The notes below the pieces were generated by a model. It was not told the origin of the DNA. It worked only from the letters and a program-made list of their open reading frames with translations, and ran no database searches. A program made the translations under genes and the position numbers. 16,932 bases of DNA from Thermoproteus sp. (GTDB taxonomy: Archaea > Thermoproteota > Thermoprotei > Thermoproteales > Thermoproteaceae): the NCBI GenBank assembly GCA_049976425.1, contig JBMFIG010000029.1, positions 1 to 16,932 of the forward strand. The letters are read 5' to 3'. Position 1 is the stretch's first letter. The number at the start of each line of letters is the position of its first letter. Below are positions 7,059-16,073 of this stretch, one piece after another.

Positions 7059-8033
7059 TCACCAGAGGGCGCTCCAGCTCTCGGCGCCTGGGTAGAGATA
7101 GGCGGTGTAGGGTCCCGACGCCGCGTCGGCCATGCCGGTCACGGTCTCCGCCGTGTCGGCGCCGTAGTCGAACGCGTGCGGGACCGAGACCAGCTTAGTG
7201 CCGTTGAGATACTGCAGGGTGTAGTAGGCCTTGTAGGCCGACGGCGAGGCGTTGGAGCCGCCGCCAGGGCCGCCGGTGACCAGCTCGGCGTCTTCGTAGA
7301 GACCGCTGGGCAGTGTGGTGTACCCCTCGACGTAGAAGGCTGCGGAGCTGACGGGCACTTTAACCACAACGCTGTCGTACTGTACCACCTTCCCGCCGTA
7401 TACGAAGTAGAAGTTTATCACTGGGTATTTCTGGGAGTTGATCGAGACCGTGACGAAGAGAGATACCTGGAGCGGGTAGGTGAAGGATATGGTCGACGGG
7501 TACTGATATGCGTAGTAGTTCTGGCCTTGGTAGGTATAGACCTTGCCGTTGCCGCTTAGACCTTTCAGCACGGATTTACTCGACGTCAAGTTCCATATGT
7601 TGTCCACTATGTTCATCTGGTTCGTCGCTGTGTTTATGACGGCTACGTCCTGCACCCACAGATAGGCGCTCTGCCCATTGGTCTTGGTGTAGTTGAGAAC
7701 CACGTTTAGCTGTATCGAGAAGCTGTGGGGGTAAAACTTGCTGTTAGACGTGAAGCTGGCCGTATAGATGGTGAAGTTCCCCATGAACTCGTTGGTGGAG
7801 TATTCGTAGGGAATTTCGGCCGAGCCCGAGTAATACGCTCCGTAGTCCGTCACGCCGACTGGGGCCTGGCTTCCGGAATACCAAGAGGGCGGCAACGTGA
7901 CCTGCATGTGTGTGGAGGGCGGCCTTACTGGAGGGAAGGCGGGAGGCGCGCTCTGCATCGACGCGACATGGACAAAGTATAGCACTATCAACGCCGTTGT
8001 TACTATTATCGTCATTGTTTCCAGTTTGTGCAT
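7059..8033 (-). CDS. Thermopsin-family acid protease (peptidase A5), secreted
   Basis: N-terminal hydrophobic signal; family motifs APVGVTDYG, SIQLNVVL, WVQDV, DNIWN, DAELVTGGPGGG, DTAET. Confidence 0.9.
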   Translation of the reverse strand: MHKLETMTIIVTTALIVLYFVHVASMQSAPPAFPPVRPPSTHMQVTLPPSWYSGSQAPVGVTDYGAYYSGSAEIPYEYSTNEFMGNFTIYTASFTSNSKFYPHSFSIQLNVVLNYTKTNGQSAYLWVQDVAVINTATNQMNIVDNIWNLTSSKSVLKGLSGNGKVYTYQGQNYYAYQYPSTISFTYPLQVSLFVTVSINSQKYPVINFYFVYGGKVVQYDSVVVKVPVSSAAFYVEGYTTLPSGLYEDAELVTGGPGGGSNASPSAYKAYYTLQYLNGTKLVSVPHAFDYGADTAETVTGMADAASGPYTAYLYPGAESWSALW

Positions 8034-8206
8034 AGTCAGCGGCTCTAATGAGTTTTTAAATATTAAGATAATAAGTAATAATATAAATAATATATATTAT
8101 ATCAAAGACTTCTAATAAATAACTTTAATAAATCGGTGAATAAAATATATGTTATTCCTGAACGCTTTAAACATTAATACTTAAAAATCAATATCTCGCT
8201 CTATCT

Positions 8207-10072
8207 ATGGCCAAAAACCTACTCATAATACTGGCGCTGTTCGCGGCGCTGGCGGCGGCCCAGCCGCTCTACTTCAACTGCAACTCGGCGGTCCCCGGAG
8301 TCCCCCAGAACGCCCCGGCCCACTTGATAGTTTGGCTGTGGCTCAACAACGTGACCACGCCAAACGGCCTGAACTATCTCCTGTATCAGCAGTACTACGC
8401 TCCCTCAAGCCCCTACTACCACAAGTTCATAACGCCGCAACAGTTCGCCGCCTGGTACAGCCCGCCTGCCTACGTCTTCTCGTACATCAAGGACGTAGCC
8501 TCCTCCAGCGGCCTCACGATACTCGGCGTGTACCCGATGGCTGTGGTCGCCTCCGGCACGGCATCGGCAGTGGACAACGCCATAGCGGCGCTCCAGTCCG
8601 CCCCCTCCTCAGTCGCCCAGTGGATAATAGTGGGCGAATGCATGCCGATAGGGTACTTCGCCGCGAATACCCGTAGCAGTAGAGCGCCCGCCTACAAGCC
8701 GGCGTACGTCACCGCCGAGGTGGGCAACCTATCCCAGGCGTTGGGCAACGTGACCTACGTGAACGGCCTGCCTCTACAGATCAGGTATAGGAACTTCGAG
8801 ATATGGCTTCCCAAAGGCCTCCAGTTCATATACGACGAACTTCCGCTGTTGTTGAAGGGCGTAGACGGCAGAGGCGTGACGATCGGCATAGTGGACGCCT
8901 TCGGCGATGTGAACTTCACATTGGCGTATATGTATCAGTACAAGGACGCCGCCCCCTATGACTTCGCGTTGTTCAACAAGCTATTCGGCCTTCCGCAGGC
9001 GCCGCTCTCAGTGATATACCCCGTGGGCATGCCGGTGATAACTCCGTACAACCTATACGACGCGTTGGGCTGGTCCTACGAGACGGCGCTCGATATAGAG
9101 TACGCCCACACAATGGCGCCCGGCGCCAATATAGTGCTGGCAGTTGCGCCGGATGCCGGCGACGATCTCTTCATAGCGGTGGAGTATCTGGTTAATAAAT
9201 CGTTGGCCGACTTCATAAGCTTGAGCTGGGGAGCGCCCGAGGACTTCTACTTGGCCCCGCCGCCAACTCCGCAGTTGTTGCTGGCATACGACGAGGTGTT
9301 CATGCAAGCGGCCGCCGAGGGGATAGGCGTATTTGCCTCCTCGGGAGACTGGGGCGCGTTCAACATATTCTGGCAGTACTACGGCCTCCCGATAGAGCCA
9401 AGCGTGCTCTACCCGGCCAGCGATCCTTGGGTGACGGCGGTGGGCGGCACATCGCTACACGCCTACGTCTCCGACGGCATGGTGACGAGGATAGAGCAGG
9501 CGTGGAGCTGGAACGCCTACTATATGTGGGGCTCTGGCGGCGGCTACTCCTTCGTGTTCCCGGAGACTCCCGGCCAGAGGATCGCCGACATAGTCTACGA
9601 ACGCCCCGTGGTCTACGAGCCAGCGTTAAGTGCGTTGTACGGCTACAAGTACTTCTTCTACCCGGCGGGCCATAGAGGCGTGCCCGACGTGGCCGCAGAC
9701 GCCGATCCGTACACGGGCGTGCTCATAGTGATCAACGGGAGTTTGTTCGGCCTTATAGGCGGGACGAGTCTGGCATCGCCTCTAGTCGCCGGCATGACCG
9801 CGACTGTGCAGAGCGGCATCGGGTTCAGGATAGGGCTTCTAGCGCCGACGCTCTACGCGCTCTACAGCAACCAGGGTAACGGCACCTTGAACGGCCCCTA
9901 TGTACAACGCCCCGTCATACCCACGTCCGCATTCTACAGCGGCTTCCCCGAGCCGTTCTTCCCGACCTACGGAGGCCAGAACGGGCTTTATAACGTGCTC
10001 ATGCAACAGTGGAACCCGGTGACCGGCATAGGACAGCTCAACGTATACGGAATCTACTCTTTTATGAGGTAA
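8207..10072 (+). CDS. S53 (sedolisin/kumamolisin) family serine-carboxyl peptidase with pro-domain, secreted
   Basis: Signal peptide; pro-domain SSPYYHKFITPQQFAAWYSP; catalytic ETALD (Glu/Asp), oxyanion SSGDWG, nucleophile GGTSLASP; RGVPDVAADADP; WNPVTGIG. Confidence 0.95.
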   Translation: MAKNLLIILALFAALAAAQPLYFNCNSAVPGVPQNAPAHLIVWLWLNNVTTPNGLNYLLYQQYYAPSSPYYHKFITPQQFAAWYSPPAYVFSYIKDVASSSGLTILGVYPMAVVASGTASAVDNAIAALQSAPSSVAQWIIVGECMPIGYFAANTRSSRAPAYKPAYVTAEVGNLSQALGNVTYVNGLPLQIRYRNFEIWLPKGLQFIYDELPLLLKGVDGRGVTIGIVDAFGDVNFTLAYMYQYKDAAPYDFALFNKLFGLPQAPLSVIYPVGMPVITPYNLYDALGWSYETALDIEYAHTMAPGANIVLAVAPDAGDDLFIAVEYLVNKSLADFISLSWGAPEDFYLAPPPTPQLLLAYDEVFMQAAAEGIGVFASSGDWGAFNIFWQYYGLPIEPSVLYPASDPWVTAVGGTSLHAYVSDGMVTRIEQAWSWNAYYMWGSGGGYSFVFPETPGQRIADIVYERPVVYEPALSALYGYKYFFYPAGHRGVPDVAADADPYTGVLIVINGSLFGLIGGTSLASPLVAGMTATVQSGIGFRIGLLAPTLYALYSNQGNGTLNGPYVQRPVIPTSAFYSGFPEPFFPTYGGQNGLYNVLMQQWNPVTGIGQLNVYGIYSFMR

Positions 10073-10153
10073 AAAACAATTATAGAACGAAATAATTATT
10101 TTTAAATAGCTGTTTTCTATTATAAGAAAAATTTTTAAGACTGGATATGATCC

Positions 10154-10393
10154 ATGGAAGTACTGATCTTGGTCTCCCATTTAGGCTGGCCGGACGAGGT
10201 GTCGTCCTATATAAGCAAGGCGCCGGGCGTCAGCGAAGTTTATAGCTCGCAGTCGGGGTACATAGTCGCCAGGGCGCGCGTCGAGAGTCCGTCGGATCTC
10301 AGAATGTTGCTGAGCTTCGTCAGGCGGTGCCGCGGAGTTCTCAGAGTCGAGTATATGGTGGCGAGACGGCCGGACGGTCGGCAACGGCCCTAG
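10154..10393 (+). CDS. Stand-alone Lrp/AsnC ligand-binding (RAM) domain protein
   Basis: 79 aa with pattern PGVSEVY...GYIVARARVES..DL..LL..VR...GV.RVE; no HTH; GAAAAATTTTTAAG promoter directly upstream. Confidence 0.65.
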   Translation: MEVLILVSHLGWPDEVSSYISKAPGVSEVYSSQSGYIVARARVESPSDLRMLLSFVRRCRGVLRVEYMVARRPDGRQRP

Positions 10394-11082
10394 GAGGCCT
10401 TCTCGTAGGCGGCCTTCAGGAGGTATCTCCTGTTGAGGTAGACGACGCCGGCCACCACGGGCGCCAGCGATATCTTGGTCAACAACAAGCCGGCGACGGA
10501 GCTCCAGAAGTCCGGCGGAGGCAGGACGCCCCAGAAAGCTATAGGCATGAAGACCAGCGTGTCGACGGCCATGGCGATTGGGTCGGAGTATATCACCCTC
10601 TTCCACACGGCGCCCCCTATCTTGGCCACCATATAGGCGTCGAGGGTCTCCGCGGCCAGATACGCTATGGGCGACGCGAAGGCGACCCTCGCCGACGTGG
10701 AGAAGACGGCCTCATATATCGAGTTGGGCGCGACGGGCGAGGGGAGGTACACCACGACGTAGTTCACGGCCGTGATCAGCCACTGGGAGAGGAAGCCCGC
10801 GAGGACCACGTTCCTGGCGTAGTGGAAGCCCTCCCTCAACACGATTATGTCCAGCATGGCCACTGTGGCCACGTAGGTCATGGTGCCGGCCGGCACCAGG
10901 AAGCCCAGGTAGTTGGTTATCTTGGAGGCGGCGTACTGGGAAACCGTCAGGAGGACCATGTAGAAGGCTATGGCGAGCACCGTGGGGTCTATCTTGGCGA
11001 GCCTTAACAACGCCCTGTACATGACGGCGGTTAGGCCGAAGGCCGCGAGCGCCTCGAGGAGGAGGGCGATCTGGCCCAACAC
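10390..11082 (-). CDS. Queuosine/archaeosine precursor transporter (YhhQ/DUF165, Vut_1 family)
   Basis: Multi-TM protein with ASKI, PAGT..Y...DI, RV..AS..AYL.AE.LD, R...SD....VDT.VF..IAFWG motifs. Start moved from 11124 to GTG 11082 because GGAAAATTTTAAAA (11116-11103) sits at leaderless spacing. Confidence 0.85.
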   Translation of the reverse strand: MLGQIALLLEALAAFGLTAVMYRALLRLAKIDPTVLAIAFYMVLLTVSQYAASKITNYLGFLVPAGTMTYVATVAMLDIIVLREGFHYARNVVLAGFLSQWLITAVNYVVVYLPSPVAPNSIYEAVFSTSARVAFASPIAYLAAETLDAYMVAKIGGAVWKRVIYSDPIAMAVDTLVFMPIAFWGVLPPPDFWSSVAGLLLTKISLAPVVAGVVYLNRRYLLKAAYEKAS

Positions 11083-11120
11083 GGCCCTCTTGAGGCAGGT
11101 TGTTTTAAAATTTTCCTGAG

Positions 11121-11927
11121 TCAAACGAATTCTGCCTCGCCCAGCTCGACAAGCCCCCGTCTCTTGGCCTCGGAGAGGAGCTCCCTCACCGCCTCCTCGC
11201 CCCTCTTCCCCATATCCTTGGTGTACTCGTTGACGTACATATCCACGAAACGCGCGACGTCGTCCAGCGGAAGGCCTCTGGAGAACTTGGAGGCATATCT
11301 CAAGGCCTCCTCCCTATGCGCCTCGGCGTATTTGATGGACTCCGAGAGGAGGCCCCTCAGCTCCTCCGCGACGTCTAGGCCTAGCTCTTTCCTCACGGCG
11401 TCTACGCCGAGAGGCGTCGGCAGCCCCTTCTCGCGGAGCCACCACTCGCCTAAGTCGACCACCTTCCTCAAGCCGAGGCGCCCGTAGGTGATCTGGCCCT
11501 CGTGTATGAGGACCCCGGCGTCGACGACGCCGGCCGCCACCGCGTCGATTATCTTGTCGAAGGGGACCTCGACGGTCTTGACGTCGGGCATGGCCAGCTT
11601 GAGGAGGAGCGCCGCCGTCGTGTATCTGCCCGGCACAGCCACGAGTCTGACCTCGCCGGATCTGGGGCCCGCGACGACGACGGGCCCGTAGCCGTAGCCC
11701 ATGGACGCGCCGACCCTAAGCACGTAGTACCTGTCGGTGAAGCCCAAGGCCGCCGCGCTCAAGGCGGTGAGGTCGAGCCGCGCCCCGCCCACCGCCAGCT
11801 TGTTGAGCGTCTCTATATCGGCTAAGAACTCCCTGAAGGCGAAGCGGCTCTTGACGGCCCCAGACGCTATGCCGTAGAACATGTAGGCGTCGTCTGCGTC
11901 CGGGGAGTGGGCCAGGACGAGCTCCAT
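11121..11927 (-). CDS. mqnD: 1,4-dihydroxy-6-naphthoate synthase
   Basis: HSPDADDAYMFY, DIETLN, GASMGYGYGP, PGRYTTA, LIHEGQITY, DLGEWW, MYVN; located in the mqn cluster. Confidence 0.93.
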   Translation of the reverse strand: MELVLAHSPDADDAYMFYGIASGAVKSRFAFREFLADIETLNKLAVGGARLDLTALSAAALGFTDRYYVLRVGASMGYGYGPVVVAGPRSGEVRLVAVPGRYTTAALLLKLAMPDVKTVEVPFDKIIDAVAAGVVDAGVLIHEGQITYGRLGLRKVVDLGEWWLREKGLPTPLGVDAVRKELGLDVAEELRGLLSESIKYAEAHREEALRYASKFSRGLPLDDVARFVDMYVNEYTKDMGKRGEEAVRELLSEAKRRGLVELGEAEFV

Positions 11928-11948
11928 GGCCCCGCCGCCGCGCGTATT

Positions 11949-12671
11949 TTAAACTTGCGCGAAGCGCAGAGGAGGGAGGCCCAAGATCTCGGCCTCCCTC
12001 TTCATGGCCTCCACGACGGAGCCGTTGACGAGGTAGCGGGAGCGCTGGTAGTACTCCTCGACCAAGCTCTTGCTCACGGAGAGCCTTCTGGCCACGGACT
12101 CTATTAGGGGGCCGGGGTTCTCGTAGAAGCTGGCCACTGAGTTCTCCATCTCTGCCACCGCCTCCTCTAGGCCGGGAGCGCCCGGCCTTGCGACGAGCAC
12201 CGCGAAGACGAGGGGGGAGCCGACGCGCTCCTGCCAGAGCTCGCCTACGTCCACCACGTGGGGGACGCCTCTGTCGGCCATCCTCAACGCCTCGTCGCCG
12301 ACGACCAGCACCTCGGAGCACGAGTCGAGGGCCGTCCAGGGATCGTCGACGCCCTTGAAGGAGAGGCCCAGCAAGGCCGAGAGGGCCCTGGCGCTGACTG
12401 TGGTCTCGCCGACCGCGCAAGCCCCGCCGGAGCCGCGTCCCTTGAACAGGCGGGAGGATATTATGGGCCCCACGCTGTATATAGCCAGCCGCGGGACTAT
12501 ATGTAGGCCGTACTGCGCCGCGAGGGTTATGGGGACGAAGCCTATGTCGGCGACGCCGTCGAGCAACAGGCGGGCGGACTCCAGATTGCCGGCCTCCACA
12601 GCCTGGACCCTCGCCTTCCAGAAAAGCGGATCGCTGTGCGCGTACCTTATCCTGACTACCTTCACAGCCAT
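11949..12671 (-). CDS. mqnA: Chorismate dehydratase (MqnA/MqnD SBP-like family)
   Basis: RIRYAHSDPL, LVVGDEAL, DVGELW...PLVFA motifs; lies between mqnE and mqnD. Confidence 0.85.
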   Translation of the reverse strand: MAVKVVRIRYAHSDPLFWKARVQAVEAGNLESARLLLDGVADIGFVPITLAAQYGLHIVPRLAIYSVGPIISSRLFKGRGSGGACAVGETTVSARALSALLGLSFKGVDDPWTALDSCSEVLVVGDEALRMADRGVPHVVDVGELWQERVGSPLVFAVLVARPGAPGLEEAVAEMENSVASFYENPGPLIESVARRLSVSKSLVEEYYQRSRYLVNGSVVEAMKREAEILGLPPLRFAQV

Positions 12672-13735
12672 CGCAGAACTCTGTGGAACGTATCCCTAAT
12701 CGCAGCCCGCCTCCCGGCCTCTCTGGCTATCGCGGCGAGCTCCTCCGGCGACGCGGCCCCGCGCATGCCGGCCGATGCCAGCACCGCCTCGTTGTACATA
12801 GTGCCCACCAAGTCGTTGGCCCCAGCCTTTAAGAGAGTCGACGCCAGCCGCTTGCCCGTCGAGACCCAATAGGCGGCGACCTTCAACTTGTCCAGCAAGA
12901 TGAGCCTCGCGATGGCGACGACCTTTATATCGTATACGGCAGGCGCCGGGGCCGCGACGAGGCCCCTCCGGCCGAGCTCCGTGTTGTGGGGGGAGAACTT
13001 GACCGGTATGAACAGGAGGAGGCCGCCAGTCCTCTCCTGAAGCTCCTTGACCTTGAAGATGTGGTCCACGACGTGCTCCGGCCTCTCTATATGGCCGTAC
13101 AACATAGTGGCGTTGCTGGGTATGCCGAGCTTGTGGGCCAGCTCCGCTATGTTCAGCCAAGTCCCGCCGTCGAGCTTGTGGGGCGACACGACGCGCCTGA
13201 CCTCCTCGGCGAAGATCTCGGCGCCTCCTCCGGATATGGCGTCCAGCCCCGCCTCCTTGAACCTCTCGAGGACCTCGCGCCACGACATGCGCCACAGACG
13301 CGAGTAGTAGTCGACCTCGGCCATCGTGGGGCCCTTTATCGCCACGCCGGGCGCCGCCCTCTTGACGGCCCTGAAAAGCTCCTCGAAGTACTCCACGGAC
13401 AGCTCCGGGTTGAAGCCGCCGTTTACGTGGAGCTCAGTCACGCCGAGGGACGAGGAGGCCTCGGCGACGGCCTTCGCCACGTCCTCAGGGGCGCGGGTAT
13501 AGGCCTCTGGATGCTTCGGGGGCCTATAGAAGGCACATATGGGGCATCTCGCCACGCAGACGTTGCTGTAGTTGATCACTATATTGTTTACGAACGTCAC
13601 CGAGTCGCCCCACAATCTGAGCGTCAGCTCCTCGGCGGCTTTGGCGAGGGCCATGAAGTCCTCGTCGAAGAGCTTCACGGCCTCGCCGGCCGACAAGCCC
13701 GACAGCGCGGCCTCGGCTATCTCGCGGGGGGTCAC
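12662..13735 (-). CDS. mqnE: Aminodeoxyfutalosine synthase (CofH/MqnE-type radical SAM)
   Basis: NYSNVCVARCPICAF, ELHVNGG, GGGAEIF, NATMLYGHIE, FIP..F.P.NT and K.AAYW are MqnE-type features. Confidence 0.85.
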   Translation of the reverse strand: MTPREIAEAALSGLSAGEAVKLFDEDFMALAKAAEELTLRLWGDSVTFVNNIVINYSNVCVARCPICAFYRPPKHPEAYTRAPEDVAKAVAEASSSLGVTELHVNGGFNPELSVEYFEELFRAVKRAAPGVAIKGPTMAEVDYYSRLWRMSWREVLERFKEAGLDAISGGGAEIFAEEVRRVVSPHKLDGGTWLNIAELAHKLGIPSNATMLYGHIERPEHVVDHIFKVKELQERTGGLLLFIPVKFSPHNTELGRRGLVAAPAPAVYDIKVVAIARLILLDKLKVAAYWVSTGKRLASTLLKAGANDLVGTMYNEAVLASAGMRGAASPEELAAIAREAGRRAAIRDTFHRVLRWL

Positions 13736-13776
13736 GGAGGAGGAAACGGATTTTTGTATTAAACGTTCTCCCAGCC

Positions 13777-14811
13777 GTGAGGCTGGAGGACGTGAAGGAG
13801 TTGCTCTCCAGAGATCTGTGGGAGCTGGGGATGGAGGCCTGGAAGATAAGGAGCGGCCTCTACGGGAGGAGGGCCACGTACATATCCAGCATGGTGTTGA
13901 ACTACACCAACGTGTGCGTGGTGGAGTGCGAGTTCTGCCCGTTCTGGAGGAGGCGGGGGGATAAAGACGCCTACGCGCTGTCGGTGGACGAGGCCGTCGG
14001 GAGGGTGCTCGCCGTCGACGCGAAGTACGGGCTGAGGCAGGTGTTGGTGCAAGGCGGCATAAACCCCGAGATAGGGATAGAGTACTTCGAGGATCTGTTC
14101 AGGAGGATAAAGGCCAAGGCGCCTCACATAGCCGTGCACGCGCTGTCGCCGCTGGAGGTGGACTACCTATCCAGGAGGGAGAGGATGTCGTGGCGCGAGG
14201 TCCTGGAGAGGCTCAAGGAGGCCGGCATGGACTCCATGCCCGGCGGAGGCGGCGAGATCCTCGTGGACAGGGTCAGGAAGGAGATATCGCCAAAGAAGAT
14301 AAGCGCCGAGGTCTGGCTGAGGATAATGGAGGAGGCCCACAAGCTCGGCATACCCACGTCGGCCACCATGATGTACGGCCACGTGGAGGGGCCCGAGGAC
14401 TGGGCCGAGCATATATGGAAGATAGCCGAGTTGCAGGAGAGGACCAAGGGCTTCCTGGCCTTCATAGCGTGGAACTACGAGCCGGGCGGCAACAAGCTCG
14501 GCGAGAGGGTGAGGCACCCGAGGACGTCGGCCACTCTGTTGAGGATGGTGGCCGTTGCGAGGATGGCGTTTATGGGAGACGCCTTCATACCCCACATACA
14601 GTCGTCCTGGCTCACCAACGGGCCCGAGACGGCGGAGCTCGCCATGTACTTCGGCGCCGACGACTTCGGCGGAACTCTATACGAGGAGAAGGTGTTGGAG
14701 GAGCAGAGGCGGAGCTCCCCCATAGCGACTAGGAAAGACGTGGAGGAGCTGATAAGGAGGGCCGGGTTCCAGCCCGTGGAGAGGGACAACTGGTATAGGC
14801 CAGCGGCCTAG
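13777..14811 (+). CDS. mqnC: Cyclic dehypoxanthinyl futalosine synthase (radical SAM)
   Basis: NYTNVCVVECEFCPF, VQGG..P, HALSPLE, SATMMYGH, FIAW, HIQSSWLT.G and ADDFGGTLYEE.V are MqnC-type features. Confidence 0.88.
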   Translation: MRLEDVKELLSRDLWELGMEAWKIRSGLYGRRATYISSMVLNYTNVCVVECEFCPFWRRRGDKDAYALSVDEAVGRVLAVDAKYGLRQVLVQGGINPEIGIEYFEDLFRRIKAKAPHIAVHALSPLEVDYLSRRERMSWREVLERLKEAGMDSMPGGGGEILVDRVRKEISPKKISAEVWLRIMEEAHKLGIPTSATMMYGHVEGPEDWAEHIWKIAELQERTKGFLAFIAWNYEPGGNKLGERVRHPRTSATLLRMVAVARMAFMGDAFIPHIQSSWLTNGPETAELAMYFGADDFGGTLYEEKVLEEQRRSSPIATRKDVEELIRRAGFQPVERDNWYRPAA

Positions 14812-15977
14812 GCCACGGCCTCGCCCGTCTCCAACAAGTGGAGGACGCCCTTGGAGGCGACCGCGACAGCCCTCCCGAACGCCCTCAAGCCGACAAGAGG
14901 CGAGAAGCGGCAGGTGCCCCTGAAGTCGCGCTCAGACACGGCGAACTCCTCGAGCTTGAAGACCGAGAAGGCGGCGGGGACCCCGGGCCTCAAGCCCACG
15001 TCGAGCCCGGCGAAGCGGGCCGGCCTGAAGGAGTAGAGCCGCACCACGTCGTCGAGGCCGAGGAGCCCGTCGCGCCAGAATCTGAGCAAGAGGGAGGAGG
15101 CCACGTCGAGGCTACAGATGCCGGGCGACCCCGACAGCTTCTCCTCCAGGGTGTGGGGGGCGTGGTCCGTCGCGTACATGTCGACTGCGCCTGCGAGGAA
15201 GAGGGCCAGGAGGCGCCTCCTCTGGTCCTCCCCCCGCAGAGGGGGGTTGACCCTACAGAGAGGGCCCGAGCACTTGTCGGAGCTGAGGAGGAGGTGGTGG
15301 GGGGTCGCGTCGACGGTGGCGAGCCCCCTCAAGGCCTCGACCGTGTAGGGCAGAGAGACGTGGGTCACGTGTATCCTGTAGCCGCGCCGGGCGTAGAGGG
15401 CGACGCGGTCGGCGCAGCGGGCCTCGGCCTCAGGCGGGCGGGAGCCCTCCGCGAGGTAGGCCGGATCCTCGCAGTGGAAGACCGCGACGCACCCGAGAGA
15501 TCTGCACCTCTCCAGCAGACGCTCCACGTGGGCCCAGCCGAATCTCTCCACGTCCTCCGGGTATATCTTGACCGAGCGCGGCCGCGCGGCGTCCAGCTCC
15601 GCCAAGTCCTCCGGGACGCCCATATGGACGCCGTAGTGTATGGGGAGGGACGAGCCCTCGGCGAGCCTCTTGGCGTAGAGCTCGGCGGTCCTTATATGAG
15701 GCCTCGTGTTGGGCATGTCCAGCACCGCCGCGACGCCGCCCGCCAAAGCCGCCGCGGAGCCGCCGAGGAGGGTCTCCTTGTGGGAAAGGCCCCAGTCCCG
15801 GAAGTGGACGTGGACGTCCACGAAGCCGGGCAGTATCAAGTGCTTGGCCGAGAACTGGAGAACCCTACACCCCTCGCCCCTCCCCTTGAGGGACTTGACC
15901 ACGCCGCCCTCGACGAGCAGAGATACGTAGCGGACGGCGCCGCCTACATACGCCTTCCCCTCCACGACGAAGCACAT
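14808..15977 (-). CDS. pyrC: Dihydroorotase (amidohydrolase superfamily)
   Basis: PGFVDVHVHFRD, DMPNT, HCED, H.TH.S, TPHHL, VNPPLR, TDHAPH. Start moved to ATG 15977 (MCFVVEG), about 25 nt below a TATAAA box. Confidence 0.85.
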   Translation of the reverse strand: MCFVVEGKAYVGGAVRYVSLLVEGGVVKSLKGRGEGCRVLQFSAKHLILPGFVDVHVHFRDWGLSHKETLLGGSAAALAGGVAAVLDMPNTRPHIRTAELYAKRLAEGSSLPIHYGVHMGVPEDLAELDAARPRSVKIYPEDVERFGWAHVERLLERCRSLGCVAVFHCEDPAYLAEGSRPPEAEARCADRVALYARRGYRIHVTHVSLPYTVEALRGLATVDATPHHLLLSSDKCSGPLCRVNPPLRGEDQRRRLLALFLAGAVDMYATDHAPHTLEEKLSGSPGICSLDVASSLLLRFWRDGLLGLDDVVRLYSFRPARFAGLDVGLRPGVPAAFSVFKLEEFAVSERDFRGTCRFSPLVGLRAFGRAVAVASKGVLHLLETGEAVA

Positions 15978-16058
15978 AGAGGCGAGAACGCCCGTCTTTA
16001 TATCCGAAAGGAATATAAACAGGGGAGGGCAAGGAGAGTGGACGGCCAAGGGAGATGG

Positions 16059-16073
16059 CGAAAAGTTTTTAAC
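16059..16073 (+). promoter_or_regulatory. rRNA operon promoter (BRE + TATA)
   Basis: CGAAAAG-TTTTTAAC about 200 nt upstream of the mature 16S, followed by a GC-rich structured leader (e.g. hairpin at 16111-16131). Confidence 0.75.

Noticed and set aside
10327-14732. Several long alternative-frame or antisense ORFs (e.g. 10327-11007, 11716-12420, 12986-13762, 14190-14732)
   Set aside because: They overlap well-supported genes and have R/G/P-rich or antisense-shadow composition.
12662-14811. CofH/CofG (F420 synthesis) assignment for the two radical SAM paralogues
   Set aside because: Adjacent mqnA and mqnD plus subtype motifs support MqnE and MqnC.
14808-15977. Amidohydrolase next to mqnC as the missing aminofutalosine deaminase
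   Set aside because: HxHxR, DMPNT and TDHAPH are dihydroorotase substrate-binding signatures, and the gene is convergent with mqnC rather than co-transcribed.
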